From an uncultured Gammaproteobacteria bacterium (GTDB lineage: Bacteria; Patescibacteriota; Patescibacteriia; Magasanikbacterales; GWA2-37-8): a DNA stretch of 64,000 nt. Of this stretch, positions 7,802 through 16,529 are shown piece by piece (within the stretch, counting starts at the first letter, position 1; each line of letters starts with the position of its first letter). The notes under the pieces were generated by a model. It did no database searches and had not been told where the DNA came from. It worked only from the letters and a program-made list of their open reading frames with translations. The stretch covers positions 439,400 through 503,399 of the forward strand of contig CAYHBZ010000001.1 in the NCBI GenBank assembly GCA_964355175.1, in the 5' to 3' direction. The translations under genes and the position numbers were made by a program.

Positions 7802-9550
7802 TTATGGTGTAACCAAATTTACTTTTACTTTTGCCCCACCCTTACCACTGTTACCTTGGTAAGTGAGCTCTACATACCCACCATTTTGTTTGAGCGCATA
7901 TTTTTTCTTGGCATTTACTTTGAGCACTACATTGGTGCTCTTGGCGCCATTTAATTTGAGCCAAACATAAGTGTTATTAAATTTCACTACTTGAAATTTG
8001 AAAACACTACCGTCAAATTTAAACCAGTTATTTTTACAAATAGTATAGATACCGTTGCCGCCCTGTTCATTGGTACAACTATCGCCGGTAGCATCCAGCA
8101 TAGTAGTATTGGAATCTACTTTGATCAGAGCGCGACCTTCGTCTCCTACACCCAAGTAAGTCAACATTACATATTTACCAGGTTTGTTGGTGACATAAAA
8201 AGTTTCTGGCTCATTGATCACCAGATCAGCATCATCTTCACTAAGATTGCTCAATAACACACTGGCGGTTTCACCATCATGATCCACTACTTTAACTTTT
8301 ACACCACTCCAGTAATGATCCACGGCATAGCCGGTACAAACAATGAAATTTACATTGCCGCCGGTGATATCCGAACAAGCTGGCAGAGATGAAGCGGAAT
8401 TGCCTGCGGTACTAGTAGCACTGCCGGCAGTATTAAATTTGAAGTAAGTATAATCAGACCACTGACCGGTAGAGCCGTTTGGAAAGACTGGCAACACACG
8501 AGTGCGGAATTGATTATCTCCGGCCAAAGGCGAAGTAGTGAAACTACTGGAATATGTTTTCCATTTAAAACTATCGGACCAATCGGCACCAACACCACAA
8601 TGATCACAAGCTACTTCCACCATGTAATTGTTGGCATTTTTTACTTCCAACCAATTGATAGTGGCAATACGAGGAAAATTGGTAAAAACAGAATTATTTA
8701 AAGGCGAAGTAATCGTAGTCTTGGATGACAAATCATAGCTTGAAATTGTTTCGGCTTTTTTGGCCTGACAAGCACCGGCTACACAGCCATTTTCACATTT
8801 ATACCACTGAGTATGTACATAATTTTTGCCATTGCCGGAGCTACAGTGAGTTTCGGCGATATAGTCACCGGAAGTTTTATTTTTATCGCCAATATAGGCA
8901 CCACAGCTATCACCATAAGTACCAGCAATACCGCTCACTTCATCATTACCGGTAGCAGTACCATAAACATAGTTATTGAAATTATCGCTTTCAGAACAAG
9001 TAGCGGCTGGAGCTACAGCCGGCTTGCCTTTACAAGCACCGGCCGAGCAACCATATTCACATTTATACCATTGAGTATGAACATATGGATTGGAGCTAGA
9101 ACCACTACAATATTTTTCAGCGATGAAATCGCCAGAAACTTGCCCTTGGTCACCCACATAATTTCCACAAGAATCTTGATAAGAACCAGCCACCTGACTG
9201 ACTTCATCTTTTCCGGTAGCGACACCAACAACATTATAATTCAAGCCACTTTCAGAATCACTGCAAGTAACTACCGGTGCGGCCGTACCAGTACAAGGTT
9301 TCCAATCTACGCGATATTGGGTAGCGGAAAGACAAGCCATAGTGTAATCTTTCAAACCATTACCGGCATCACGACATTCCGAAGTCAAAAAAGCGCTATA
9401 TGATCCATTCACTATCTGAATATCCTTGCCTACCTGAGTACATTTATCTACATTTACCGGATTCCAACCCACTTCCGGCAAAGCTGCTGACGCCATCTTT
9501 GGCGCCAAAGCTACCAGCAGTGCGGCCAGGAGCCAAACACTTTTTTTCAT
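7802..9550 (-). CDS. Secreted cysteine-rich protein with two tandem about 80-aa repeats
   Basis: Signal peptide MKKSVWLLAALLVALAPKMASA. Tandem repeats at aa 96-176 and 185-264 share CS(D/E)S...GDSCG...YVHTQWYKCE(N/Y)GC.AGAC. Native-like composition. Confidence 0.6.
   Translation of the reverse strand: MKKSVWLLAALLVALAPKMASAALPEVGWNPVNVDKCTQVGKDIQIVNGSYSAFLTSECRDAGNGLKDYTMACLSATQYRVDWKPCTGTAAPVVTCSDSESGLNYNVVGVATGKDEVSQVAGSYQDSCGNYVGDQGQVSGDFIAEKYCSGSSSNPYVHTQWYKCEYGCSAGACKGKPAVAPAATCSESDNFNNYVYGTATGNDEVSGIAGTYGDSCGAYIGDKNKTSGDYIAETHCSSGNGKNYVHTQWYKCENGCVAGACQAKKAETISSYDLSSKTTITSPLNNSVFTNFPRIATINWLEVKNANNYMVEVACDHCGVGADWSDSFKWKTYSSSFTTSPLAGDNQFRTRVLPVFPNGSTGQWSDYTYFKFNTAGSATSTAGNSASSLPACSDITGGNVNFIVCTGYAVDHYWSGVKVKVVDHDGETASVLLSNLSEDDADLVINEPETFYVTNKPGKYVMLTYLGVGDEGRALIKVDSNTTMLDATGDSCTNEQGGNGIYTICKNNWFKFDGSVFKFQVVKFNNTYVWLKLNGAKSTNVVLKVNAKKKYALKQNGGYVELTYQGNSGKGGAKVKVNLVTP
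8759..9265 (-). repeat. Tandem intragenic repeat, 2 x about 240 nt, encoding the Cys-rich modules
   Basis: Protein-level repeat mapped back to DNA coordinates. Confidence 0.5.
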
Positions 9551-9620
9551 ATTAATTTAAATTACTCTGCTAATGCAGATTAATAATATCTTTTATTATA
9601 GCAAAAATACAATAAACTTA

Positions 9621-9685
9621 CAAACAAAAACCGCCCGTCACTTAAAACTATAAATAAATTATAATCTTAAGTGAGTGCGGGCGGT
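9621..9685 (-). terminator. Imperfect hairpin terminator downstream of the cytidine deaminase gene
   Basis: CCGCCCGTCACTTAA ... TTAAGTGAGTGCGGGCGG, with a U-run on the minus strand. Confidence 0.35.
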
Positions 9686-9801
9686 CGAAGTGTTGGACCA
9701 TTTTTCCCTCCCCACTTGGCCTAATGACCAAGACATCCTTACGGACGGAGCGATTTGAAATTGCTCTACCCACCATATTTTGGAAGATGGGTTCATGCGG
9801 T

Positions 9802-10311
9802 TTACAACTCGAAACCACAAGGAAAGAAGTCGGCCATGGTACCGATGACGATCTGGCCGTTATCCTGAAGACAGAGAAAACGGATATTTCCGCCACCATA
9901 CTGGCTGAGCAGGCCGCGACAATGTCCACACGGCGTGTATCGAACGTCCGAGAGACTGACGATCGGCACCATGGTGTATTGAGGCGGACTGACAATACGC
10001 TTACTGCTCGGTCCAAGAGCGATAGCAACGGTATCGCAGAGCGCCCTGGGACCAAGAGCGCCGATCATCGCGGCCAGCGTGGCCGCTTCGGCGTGAATGG
10101 TGCTCGTCTGAGCATGATCTTCTACATTACAGCCATAGAACATGCGATCAACCCCGACAGGACGCAACGCCGCTCCCACCATGAACTGCGACACCGGCAC
10201 ACTCGCATGCTCACGCGCACGAATGGCTCGAGCCAGAAGCACACGATCAGCTTCGGACATTTCATCCCAGACACACACCCGCACACTACCTGTAATCTCA
10301 ATCGTCCGCAT
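9802..10311 (-). CDS. cdd: Cytidine deaminase (CDA-fold zinc deaminase), GC-rich
   Basis: HAE and PCGHCRGLL zinc-binding motifs. About 62% GC, but an AT-rich upstream region with TTGCAT-16-TAGTAT and a GGGAG Shine-Dalgarno. Confidence 0.7.
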   Translation of the reverse strand: MRTIEITGSVRVCVWDEMSEADRVLLARAIRAREHASVPVSQFMVGAALRPVGVDRMFYGCNVEDHAQTSTIHAEAATLAAMIGALGPRALCDTVAIALGPSSKRIVSPPQYTMVPIVSLSDVRYTPCGHCRGLLSQYGGGNIRFLCLQDNGQIVIGTMADFFPCGFEL

Positions 10312-10445
10312 TGCTATACTCCCAACCAGCCAGTTGATTGCTGATTTGCGGGCATACTAACATATATTTTAAAAAATGCAATGATTATACATTGGACAAT
10401 AAAAATCATAATTGATAGAATATGGCTATATAAATTCTAAAAAAT

Positions 10446-10775
10446 ATGGCTAAACAATATTTTGAATTAAAAAAAGATCAATATCGAAAAAATCGTGGAG
10501 GTTATTCACGCTTTCTAAATATTTTTTGTGACAGTTGTAGCGCGCATTTGGCTCTATATCAAAAAGATGGTCCAGGTGAACTAAAAAGAATGTACCTCGA
10601 CAGAATTTTGGCGCCAAAAATTAAAAAAAATAAAACTATGGACTTCAAATGCTCCGCTTGTCAAAAAGTTGTCGGAACTTTCTATAATTATAAAAAAGAA
10701 GATCGACCGGCAATCCGTTTGTACCAAGGATCGGTAATAAAAAAAGTCGGAATTGGAATTTATCCTTTAAAATAA
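10446..10775 (+). CDS. Zn-ribbon protein (CxxC...CxxC), AT-rich paralog
   Basis: 109 aa. RGGYSRFLNIFCDSCSAHLALYQKDGPGELKRMYLDRI...CSACQ. About 50% identical to the GC-rich ORF at 13157-13522. A TTGGAC-18-TAGAAT promoter lies upstream. Confidence 0.55.
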   Translation: MAKQYFELKKDQYRKNRGGYSRFLNIFCDSCSAHLALYQKDGPGELKRMYLDRILAPKIKKNKTMDFKCSACQKVVGTFYNYKKEDRPAIRLYQGSVIKKVGIGIYPLK

Positions 10776-10787
10776 ATAGCGTAAAAA

Positions 10788-10822
10788 AACAATGCCTACT
10801 GAATTGGCATTGTTTTTTATTT
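10788..10822. terminator. Bidirectional terminator
   Basis: AACAATGCC-tactgaatt-GGCATTGTT with an A-run on one side and a T-run on the other. It ends both the plus Zn-ribbon gene and the minus GC-rich operon. Confidence 0.6.
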
Positions 10823-10922
10823 TAAAGACACAATACAAATATTATGTTCTTAATACGGGGTCTGCAGATGCGGCTACAGATTATCCCCTCCCTTTTCCTT
10901 TTGTGAAATGACCGCATTCAAA

Positions 10923-11486
10923 TTAGAACGACTGGATGTAGTTGGTGAAAATCGCTTGCGCGATTCGACTGATCTGACCCTCTTGCGAGACGATCTCATA
11001 GTCGTAATCACCGACATACCCCAAAGCCCAGAAACGCTCCAGCTCCTTTTGCGCGCTAGCGAAACGCGCACCGTCGGCATCCCGACCGTCTTTTCCCAAA
11101 CGCTGACGAAGCACGTCGAGCGAAGGCGGAGAAACGTAGATCGAGAACAGTTGACCAGGGAATGCCTGCTTCATGATCGACAGTCGATCGATCGGCCAGT
11201 CCAGCACCGGGAATTTCTCGGCGGACAGAGCCGCTTCAATCGGCAACCTCGGCGTCCCGTAAAGGATTCCGCCGAAGAGTTCGTTGACCACGAGCAGTTC
11301 GCCACGTTGCGACATTGCATCCATCTGGCTACGGCTCACCGAAACCTTATTCCTCTCTCCTTCCCGAAGCGGACGAGTCATGTAGGGACAGATGTAGACG
11401 AAGCGGTCGTCGAGTTTCGACAACTCGTCGATGACAGCACTCTTGCCCACGCCCGACGGACCCAGCAACAGCATGAACCTGCTCAT
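10923..11486 (-). CDS. Guanylate kinase-like NMP kinase, GC-rich
   Basis: P-loop LLLGPSGVGKS, Gmk-like TRPLREGE, and PPSLDVLRQRL / DYDYEIV segments. The start ATG overlaps the upstream stop (TGATG). AGGAGG lies 6 nt upstream. Confidence 0.6.
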   Translation of the reverse strand: MSRFMLLLGPSGVGKSAVIDELSKLDDRFVYICPYMTRPLREGERNKVSVSRSQMDAMSQRGELLVVNELFGGILYGTPRLPIEAALSAEKFPVLDWPIDRLSIMKQAFPGQLFSIYVSPPSLDVLRQRLGKDGRDADGARFASAQKELERFWALGYVGDYDYEIVSQEGQISRIAQAIFTNYIQSF

Positions 11487-12322
11487 CACTTCCTCCTTTC
11501 CAGGTTGAGAGCTTCTTTCGTCGTGACCGTAGCCATTTGAACGGCTGTTTGCCACGACTCAGAAGCGCCTGGATAGAGCAGGCCGCGAGAAGAGTTCACG
11601 AAGACGCCGAGACCTTCCGAGTTGAGCAGTTTGCCCAGATCCTGGTAGCTTCCACCTTGAGCACCGACACCGGCGAGCAGGATCGGCATGTTGTTCGGGA
11701 TGAGCGGGCGGATATTGTTCATATCCAACCCTGCCGTCGAGGACAACACGGGGATCATGTTACCGTTGCGATTCCAACGATTCACCACCAGGTCCAGCAT
11801 GTACTGCCAGAGCATGCGACCGTCATGGAGACGGACATCCTGAACAACACCGCCGGAGATGTTGCTCGTCTTGACGAGTACAACGACAGACTTGTCTTTG
11901 AGCTCCATGAGCGGTTCGATGACATCGTCCCCCATGTAGGGGTTCACGACGACACCGTCCGCCTGGATCTCTCCAAACAGGTTGTCGATGTAGGCCGCCA
12001 TAGTGTTCTCGATATCGCCGATCTTGCAATCGACAATCACGGGAACTCCCGGCAAAGTGCGATGGACGTAGTGGACGATCTCCTTGAGTACATCATGTCC
12101 ACCGGACATGAGATCGAAGAACGCCTTCTGCGCCTTGAACGCACAGACATGTGGACCAGTAGCATCCACGGCTCCCTGCAGAAACGCCAGAACCTTTTCT
12201 TCCTTGCTCCCGGGCTGTTCCAGCACTGCGCGCGGCAGTTTGGAAAAATCCGGATCAAGGCCGGCGCACAATAGAGTGCCCTGCTCGCGCATACGCGCGA
12301 AGAGTTGCTGATTCGCAATCAT
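11486..12322 (-). CDS. Orotidine-5'-phosphate decarboxylase-like (type 2 ODCase family), GC-rich second copy
   Basis: AGLDPD and VIVDCKIGDIENT preserve the DxKxxD catalytic motif. Paralogous to native pyrF at 41352-42170. AGGAGG SD. Confidence 0.65.
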   Translation of the reverse strand: MIANQQLFARMREQGTLLCAGLDPDFSKLPRAVLEQPGSKEEKVLAFLQGAVDATGPHVCAFKAQKAFFDLMSGGHDVLKEIVHYVHRTLPGVPVIVDCKIGDIENTMAAYIDNLFGEIQADGVVVNPYMGDDVIEPLMELKDKSVVVLVKTSNISGGVVQDVRLHDGRMLWQYMLDLVVNRWNRNGNMIPVLSSTAGLDMNNIRPLIPNNMPILLAGVGAQGGSYQDLGKLLNSEGLGVFVNSSRGLLYPGASESWQTAVQMATVTTKEALNLERRK

Positions 12323-13132
12323 TTACCCCTCCTGGATGTGAAGGCCTTGATGGTTGAGGTGTTGGCCCTTGGCGGCCAAATGGCGAGCGGTATGCTCGGT
12401 GGCCGGCACGATCACCGGCACGAGCTGGTCGCTAACCTTGTAGCCGTTTTCGCCAAAGACTGTAGCCTTGTAGGGGTTGTTGGTCGCCAGATCAATAGCA
12501 CACGAAGACGGCACCTCGAAGAATTTGAGGATGCAGACGACGCCGGAGTAGGTCCGGACATCGATGACGCCACCAGGTGCCAAGAGGCTGGCCGACTCGA
12601 CCGTGTTCACCTTGAGCTGTTCTTGAAGCCAGAGGGTAGCGAGCTTGAAGGTCAAGCCCATCCCCCGGCCATCTTGACGCGGGATGTTCACGATCATACC
12701 TTCCCCGACCTCGGCGAGCGTCTGCATAGCCAGCTTGAGTTGCTGACAGCATTCGCACGTCCGATCGCCGAAGACCTGGCCGGTTTCGCATCCCGAATCG
12801 GTACGCAAAACCAACCGTTCCTTCCGCTTGAAGACGGGGTTGAGGGTATTGAGGTCGATCTCGCCCCGAAGCAGCACGGAGTATTTCTCCCACTGGTCGT
12901 CGATGGCGAAATTGTACTGCCAAAACGACCCGAACTCGGTGTTGAGAACGCCGAGACCACGACGCTCCACGAAGTAGAAACGCCTGTCTCCAGCCTCCAC
13001 GACATCGATGCGCTTCTGCACCGGCTGCATAGAGCTCTGGACGAGAGCGATGAACTTCTCAACTTCCTGAGGGGACATGCCCGACTTGGCAATGATCTTG
13101 ATCATGTCGGGCGGGGGAACGCTGATAGCCAT
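12323..13132 (-). CDS. GTP cyclohydrolase II-like protein, GC-rich, with a non-canonical residue at the ring-opening Tyr position
   Basis: LRTDSGCETGQVFGDRTCECCQQL matches RVHSECLTGD..CDCGxQL (zinc Cys). NIPRQDGRGMGL matches YHRQEGRNIGL with Tyr replaced by Ile/Pro. LATNNPYK matches LLTNNPKK. AGGAGG SD. Confidence 0.65.
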   Translation of the reverse strand: MAISVPPPDMIKIIAKSGMSPQEVEKFIALVQSSMQPVQKRIDVVEAGDRRFYFVERRGLGVLNTEFGSFWQYNFAIDDQWEKYSVLLRGEIDLNTLNPVFKRKERLVLRTDSGCETGQVFGDRTCECCQQLKLAMQTLAEVGEGMIVNIPRQDGRGMGLTFKLATLWLQEQLKVNTVESASLLAPGGVIDVRTYSGVVCILKFFEVPSSCAIDLATNNPYKATVFGENGYKVSDQLVPVIVPATEHTARHLAAKGQHLNHQGLHIQEG

Positions 13133-13156
13133 GGCTATCCTCCTGATGCTTGATGG

Positions 13157-13522
13157 TTACAGATTGGTCGGCGGGTACATCCCGTCGCTCTTCTTCTTGC
13201 CGAAGGAGCCGGGCACCATACGGAAAGCCAGACGATTTTCCGGTTCGTACACCATGGGGGTGGCGATGAGCACATTGCACTGAGGGCAGAGCAGGTTGGG
13301 CAGCGCCTTCTTGTCGAGGGCCTTGCCCTTCAACTCGGCCAAAGTCGGCGGAGCGAAGATGCGATCGACATACATGCGCAAGAGCGCGCCAGGGCCGTCC
13401 TTTTGGTAAAGGGCGACATGGGCGTGGCAAGCGCAGCAGACGATGTTGAGGAAGCGAGAATCGCCTCCACGAGCCCGCGAGTAGCTGTCCCGCTTGGCCT
13501 GAAACTTGATTGGTTCGGTCAT
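13157..13522 (-). CDS. Zn-ribbon protein, GC-rich paralog, first gene of the operon
   Basis: 121 aa. RGGDSRFLNIVCCACHAHVALYQKDGPGALLRMYVDRI...CPQC. 24 nt upstream of the GCHII-like gene. Confidence 0.5.
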   Translation of the reverse strand: MTEPIKFQAKRDSYSRARGGDSRFLNIVCCACHAHVALYQKDGPGALLRMYVDRIFAPPTLAELKGKALDKKALPNLLCPQCNVLIATPMVYEPENRLAFRMVPGSFGKKKSDGMYPPTNL

Positions 13523-13648
13523 GGTTCCTCTGTTAGGTGAGAGTGGATGGTTGTTTGAGCTTTTGGTTAATCATTCATTATCAAAGAACCGGCCCTAGAC
13601 TACCACAATTTTTTGTTTTAAGCAAGGGTACGAGCTATTAATAAATTT

Positions 13649-15406
13649 CTAAAATTTTTGTTTATTCCATAATTCAAAAAATCTACCTTTCTCTTCCATC
13701 AAACTTTTAAAATAACCAGTCTCAATTAATTCTCCATTTTCGAGCAATAAAATTTTATCCATTTCTTGGATAGTGGTGAGGCGATGCGCAATCACTATTG
13801 CCGTCACTTCTTGAAAAAATTTATGCAGTGAATCTTTTATTTTTTCTTCGGATTCCAGATCCAAATGAGAAGTAGCTTCATCCAAAAATAAAATATCCGG
13901 CTTTTTAAAAATCGCTCGGGCAATACCGACTCTCTGCTTTTCTCCACCAGACAACTTTACACCCTTTTCCCCTATCAAAGTATCTAGACCTTCTGGCAAT
14001 TTCGACATGAAATCCGTAATATGAGCCACACCCACAGCCATTTGCAAACGCTCTTTGGACTCTATATTACCGCCGGCCATAATAATATTTTCTTTAAGAG
14101 AAAAATTTAAAACTTCTGTATCCTGCAAAACCACGGCCGTATTTTGGTAAAACGAACTCTTTTTAATTTTGCGGATGGAAATATTGTCGAGCAAAATATC
14201 GCCGGTAAAATTTTCGTACTCCTTGAGCAATAATTTAAACAAGGTGGATTTGCCGGCTCCAGATAATCCCACTATTCCAACTCTTTGCCCGCGTTTGATC
14301 TCAAAGGAAATATTCTTTAACACCGCGCGATCACCGTAAGAAAAAGAAACATTTTTAAATTGAATAGTCTGCCAATTGATTGGAAAATTTATTTTGTTGG
14401 CATCGTTGTCGATCAAAACTTTTTCGTTTAAAACATCTTTTAGACGGCTGACATGATATCTGGCTACTACCAATTCCTGAGAAACGTGGGAGAGCTCCTC
14501 TGCCGAAGTGCGCAGGTTGATAAAATAAAGATTAAACAGCAACAAAAATCCCAAATCATAACGCCCCGCCGCAATACCAAAAGCTATTAAAACCATGGCG
14601 CCGACGCGAAAAAAATGTGACCAATTGCTTTGGATAAAAATTTTGACGGCAAAAATATTAATACGTCTGGCTGTGCTTTTATAAACCTTATCAGCGTAGT
14701 TTCCCAACTTAGGAAAAAGCTGACCAAACATACCCATTACTTTGATACTGCGAATATTGTTGAGAATTTCAAAAGACAGACCATGCAAATCTTCTTCTTG
14801 GCGACTTACTTCCTTAGCTGCGGCCACCACCCGTCTACTTATCGGCATTACCGCCGTGAGATAGGTGACTAAAAATACAAGCACAATCAAAGCCACGCGC
14901 CAATCGATAAAATACAAAATAATTATCATGCCGACAAAGTTGACCCCAATTTCAATCAAATTGTTTATCCAAATTCGCAAAGAGGTTTCTATGCCAAGCC
15001 CGCCACTCTCGATGCATTTGAGGCGATTGCCGGTATTTTCTTTTTCATGCCAAGCAATATCTAGCAGACTGATATGACGAAACGCGTTTACCTGAGTTTC
15101 CAAATTTACTTTTTTGCCAACCTTACTACAAAGAAATTTGCCGGCTTGACGAACATTGTTGGAATAGATATAGGCCAGAGTCCAGATAATAAGTATATAC
15201 CAAAAAGGCTTCAAAGAATCGCCGGGATTATAGTGATTGAAAAAAGAAATAACTTTGGCCAAAGCCAAAGAGGTGTATAGGTAAATGCCGTCGGCGCTCA
15301 AACGCAACAAAGTGGCTAACCAAAATTTACCCTTTTGATTACCCAGAGAGCTATAAACATCGGAAGCAAGAGAGAAATAGGAGTAGTCGGTTTTTGAATT
15401 CTTCAT
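13649..15406 (-). CDS. ABC exporter, fused permease + ATPase (MsbA/MdlB-like)
   Basis: Six predicted TM helices followed by Walker A GLSGAGKST, signature LSGGEKQR and Walker B ILFLDE. Start chosen at MKNSKTD. The ORF track extends to 15466, but the repeat/terminator abuts it. Confidence 0.75.
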   Translation of the reverse strand: MKNSKTDYSYFSLASDVYSSLGNQKGKFWLATLLRLSADGIYLYTSLALAKVISFFNHYNPGDSLKPFWYILIIWTLAYIYSNNVRQAGKFLCSKVGKKVNLETQVNAFRHISLLDIAWHEKENTGNRLKCIESGGLGIETSLRIWINNLIEIGVNFVGMIIILYFIDWRVALIVLVFLVTYLTAVMPISRRVVAAAKEVSRQEEDLHGLSFEILNNIRSIKVMGMFGQLFPKLGNYADKVYKSTARRINIFAVKIFIQSNWSHFFRVGAMVLIAFGIAAGRYDLGFLLLFNLYFINLRTSAEELSHVSQELVVARYHVSRLKDVLNEKVLIDNDANKINFPINWQTIQFKNVSFSYGDRAVLKNISFEIKRGQRVGIVGLSGAGKSTLFKLLLKEYENFTGDILLDNISIRKIKKSSFYQNTAVVLQDTEVLNFSLKENIIMAGGNIESKERLQMAVGVAHITDFMSKLPEGLDTLIGEKGVKLSGGEKQRVGIARAIFKKPDILFLDEATSHLDLESEEKIKDSLHKFFQEVTAIVIAHRLTTIQEMDKILLLENGELIETGYFKSLMEEKGRFFELWNKQKF

Positions 15407-15466
15407 ATATGCAAATATGCAAATTACTATAACATAATAAAATTCAAAAAACAAAGCTGAAAACAA

Positions 15467-15503
15467 AAGACGCCTTTTGATGAAGGCGTCTTACAATGTG
15501 CAG
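15467..15503. repeat. 37-bp direct repeat, left copy
   Basis: AAAGACGCCTTTTGATGAAGGCGTCTTACAATGTGCA matches 16607-16643 at 35 of 37 positions. Contains the hairpin GACGCCTT/AAGGCGTC. Confidence 0.6.
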
Positions 15504-15561
15504 AAGAACGGGTAAGGTGACAAATTATTTTAGATAATTTAAAATAAATTATTTTCTAAAT

Positions 15562-16491
15562 CTAGATATCTTTACGTTCCAGGATATTAAACCCATCCAA
15601 CACCGCATCACACAAAAAATTTTCTAATTGGCTATTATCTTTTTTAGTTTGGGCTTTATATAAAAAAGTATAATATAATCGTTTCTGTTGTTGGTGAATA
15701 ATGGCGGGGGCAAAATTATGTCGCAATAACATTGCCGTCATAAGCAAACGACCAACGCGCCCATTACCATCGGAAAAAGGATGCACCTGTTCAAACTGTC
15801 TGTGGATATCAGCCGATAATGAAATAATATCGCTATTTGATTTTGCGGCCAAAATAACTATCTCGTCAATCAATTTTGGCACACTCATAAAATTGGCAGT
15901 GGCTAAATTTACTCCCAAAATTCTCACGCCATGCCGACGATACAATCCGGCGTCAGATTGAATACCGTTCATCAAAATACTATGTAATTTTAAAATAAAA
16001 TTTTCGTCAATCTTTTTCTTTTTGAGGACATGCTCAAATAAATAATTCAAAGCAGTCTGGTGATTTTTTGCCTCCATTTGTTCGGCCAAACTTTTGTTGG
16101 GCAAGGCCACATTATCAAAAATAATAGCCGCGGTATCCGGCTCTGTCAAGGTACTCCCCTCGATACTATTACTATGGTAGGTCAACTTTAAAATAAACTG
16201 ATCACGGATATCCGGATTATCCAAAATTTCCTTCACAATATTTTTGTGTTCAGATGACTTTTTACTTAAAAATTGTTTTTTGGCAATTAATTGGGTGGCC
16301 GGAATAATTTTTTGACCGGTCATTTCTAAAAACAATTCATCTATGGCTATCTGCATTTTTACTCTTGGTACAGATTTTTCATTCCACCAATTATTGAAGG
16401 CCACAAAAGATACCCCCAGTTTATAGGCTATTTTAGTCTGAGTAAGACCAGACATTTTCTGAATTGTTTCAAGTTTTTGCTTGATTGTCAT
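15562..16491 (-). CDS. HTH-Fic fusion protein (Fic/Doc family, N-terminal XRE-like HTH)
   Basis: Fic motif HPFSDGNGRVGRLL. Inhibitory-helix-like SNSIEG. N-terminal HTH MSGLTQTKIAYKLGVS. Confidence 0.85.
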   Translation of the reverse strand: MTIKQKLETIQKMSGLTQTKIAYKLGVSFVAFNNWWNEKSVPRVKMQIAIDELFLEMTGQKIIPATQLIAKKQFLSKKSSEHKNIVKEILDNPDIRDQFILKLTYHSNSIEGSTLTEPDTAAIIFDNVALPNKSLAEQMEAKNHQTALNYLFEHVLKKKKIDENFILKLHSILMNGIQSDAGLYRRHGVRILGVNLATANFMSVPKLIDEIVILAAKSNSDIISLSADIHRQFEQVHPFSDGNGRVGRLLMTAMLLRHNFAPAIIHQQQKRLYYTFLYKAQTKKDNSQLENFLCDAVLDGFNILERKDI

Positions 16492-16500
16492 AATATAACC

Positions 16501-16529
16501 ATATTAGCAAACTTTATAAAGTTTGTCAA
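16501..16529 (-). promoter_or_regulatory. Fic promoter with palindromic operator in the spacer
   Basis: Minus strand reads TTGACA-17-TAATAT about 10 nt before the ATG. An 18-bp perfect palindrome CAAACTTTATAAAGTTTG fills the spacer. The half-site CTTTATAAAG recurs near 16548. Confidence 0.45.

Noticed and set aside
9648-10360. ORFs 9648-10055, 9724-10344 and 10142-10360 overlapping the cytidine deaminase gene
   Set aside because: They are GC-rich reading-frame artefacts. Only 9802-10311 carries the HAE/PCxxC deaminase motifs.
10923-11555. Longer start for the Gmk-like ORF (track 210 aa)
   Set aside because: The internal ATG at 11486 has an AGGAGG SD and overlaps the upstream stop (TGATG), and the P-loop begins just after it. 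The extended N-terminus would overlap the ODCase-like gene by 70 nt.
10908-13430. Numerous overlapping ORFs on both strands inside the GC-rich operon (10908-11540+, 11537-12274+, 11823-12029, 12037-12318, 12305-13153+, 12492-12923, 12694-13092, 13059-13430)
   Set aside because: They are alternative-frame artefacts of high GC. The four chosen ORFs have recognisable enzyme motifs, SD sequences and coupled start/stop junctions.
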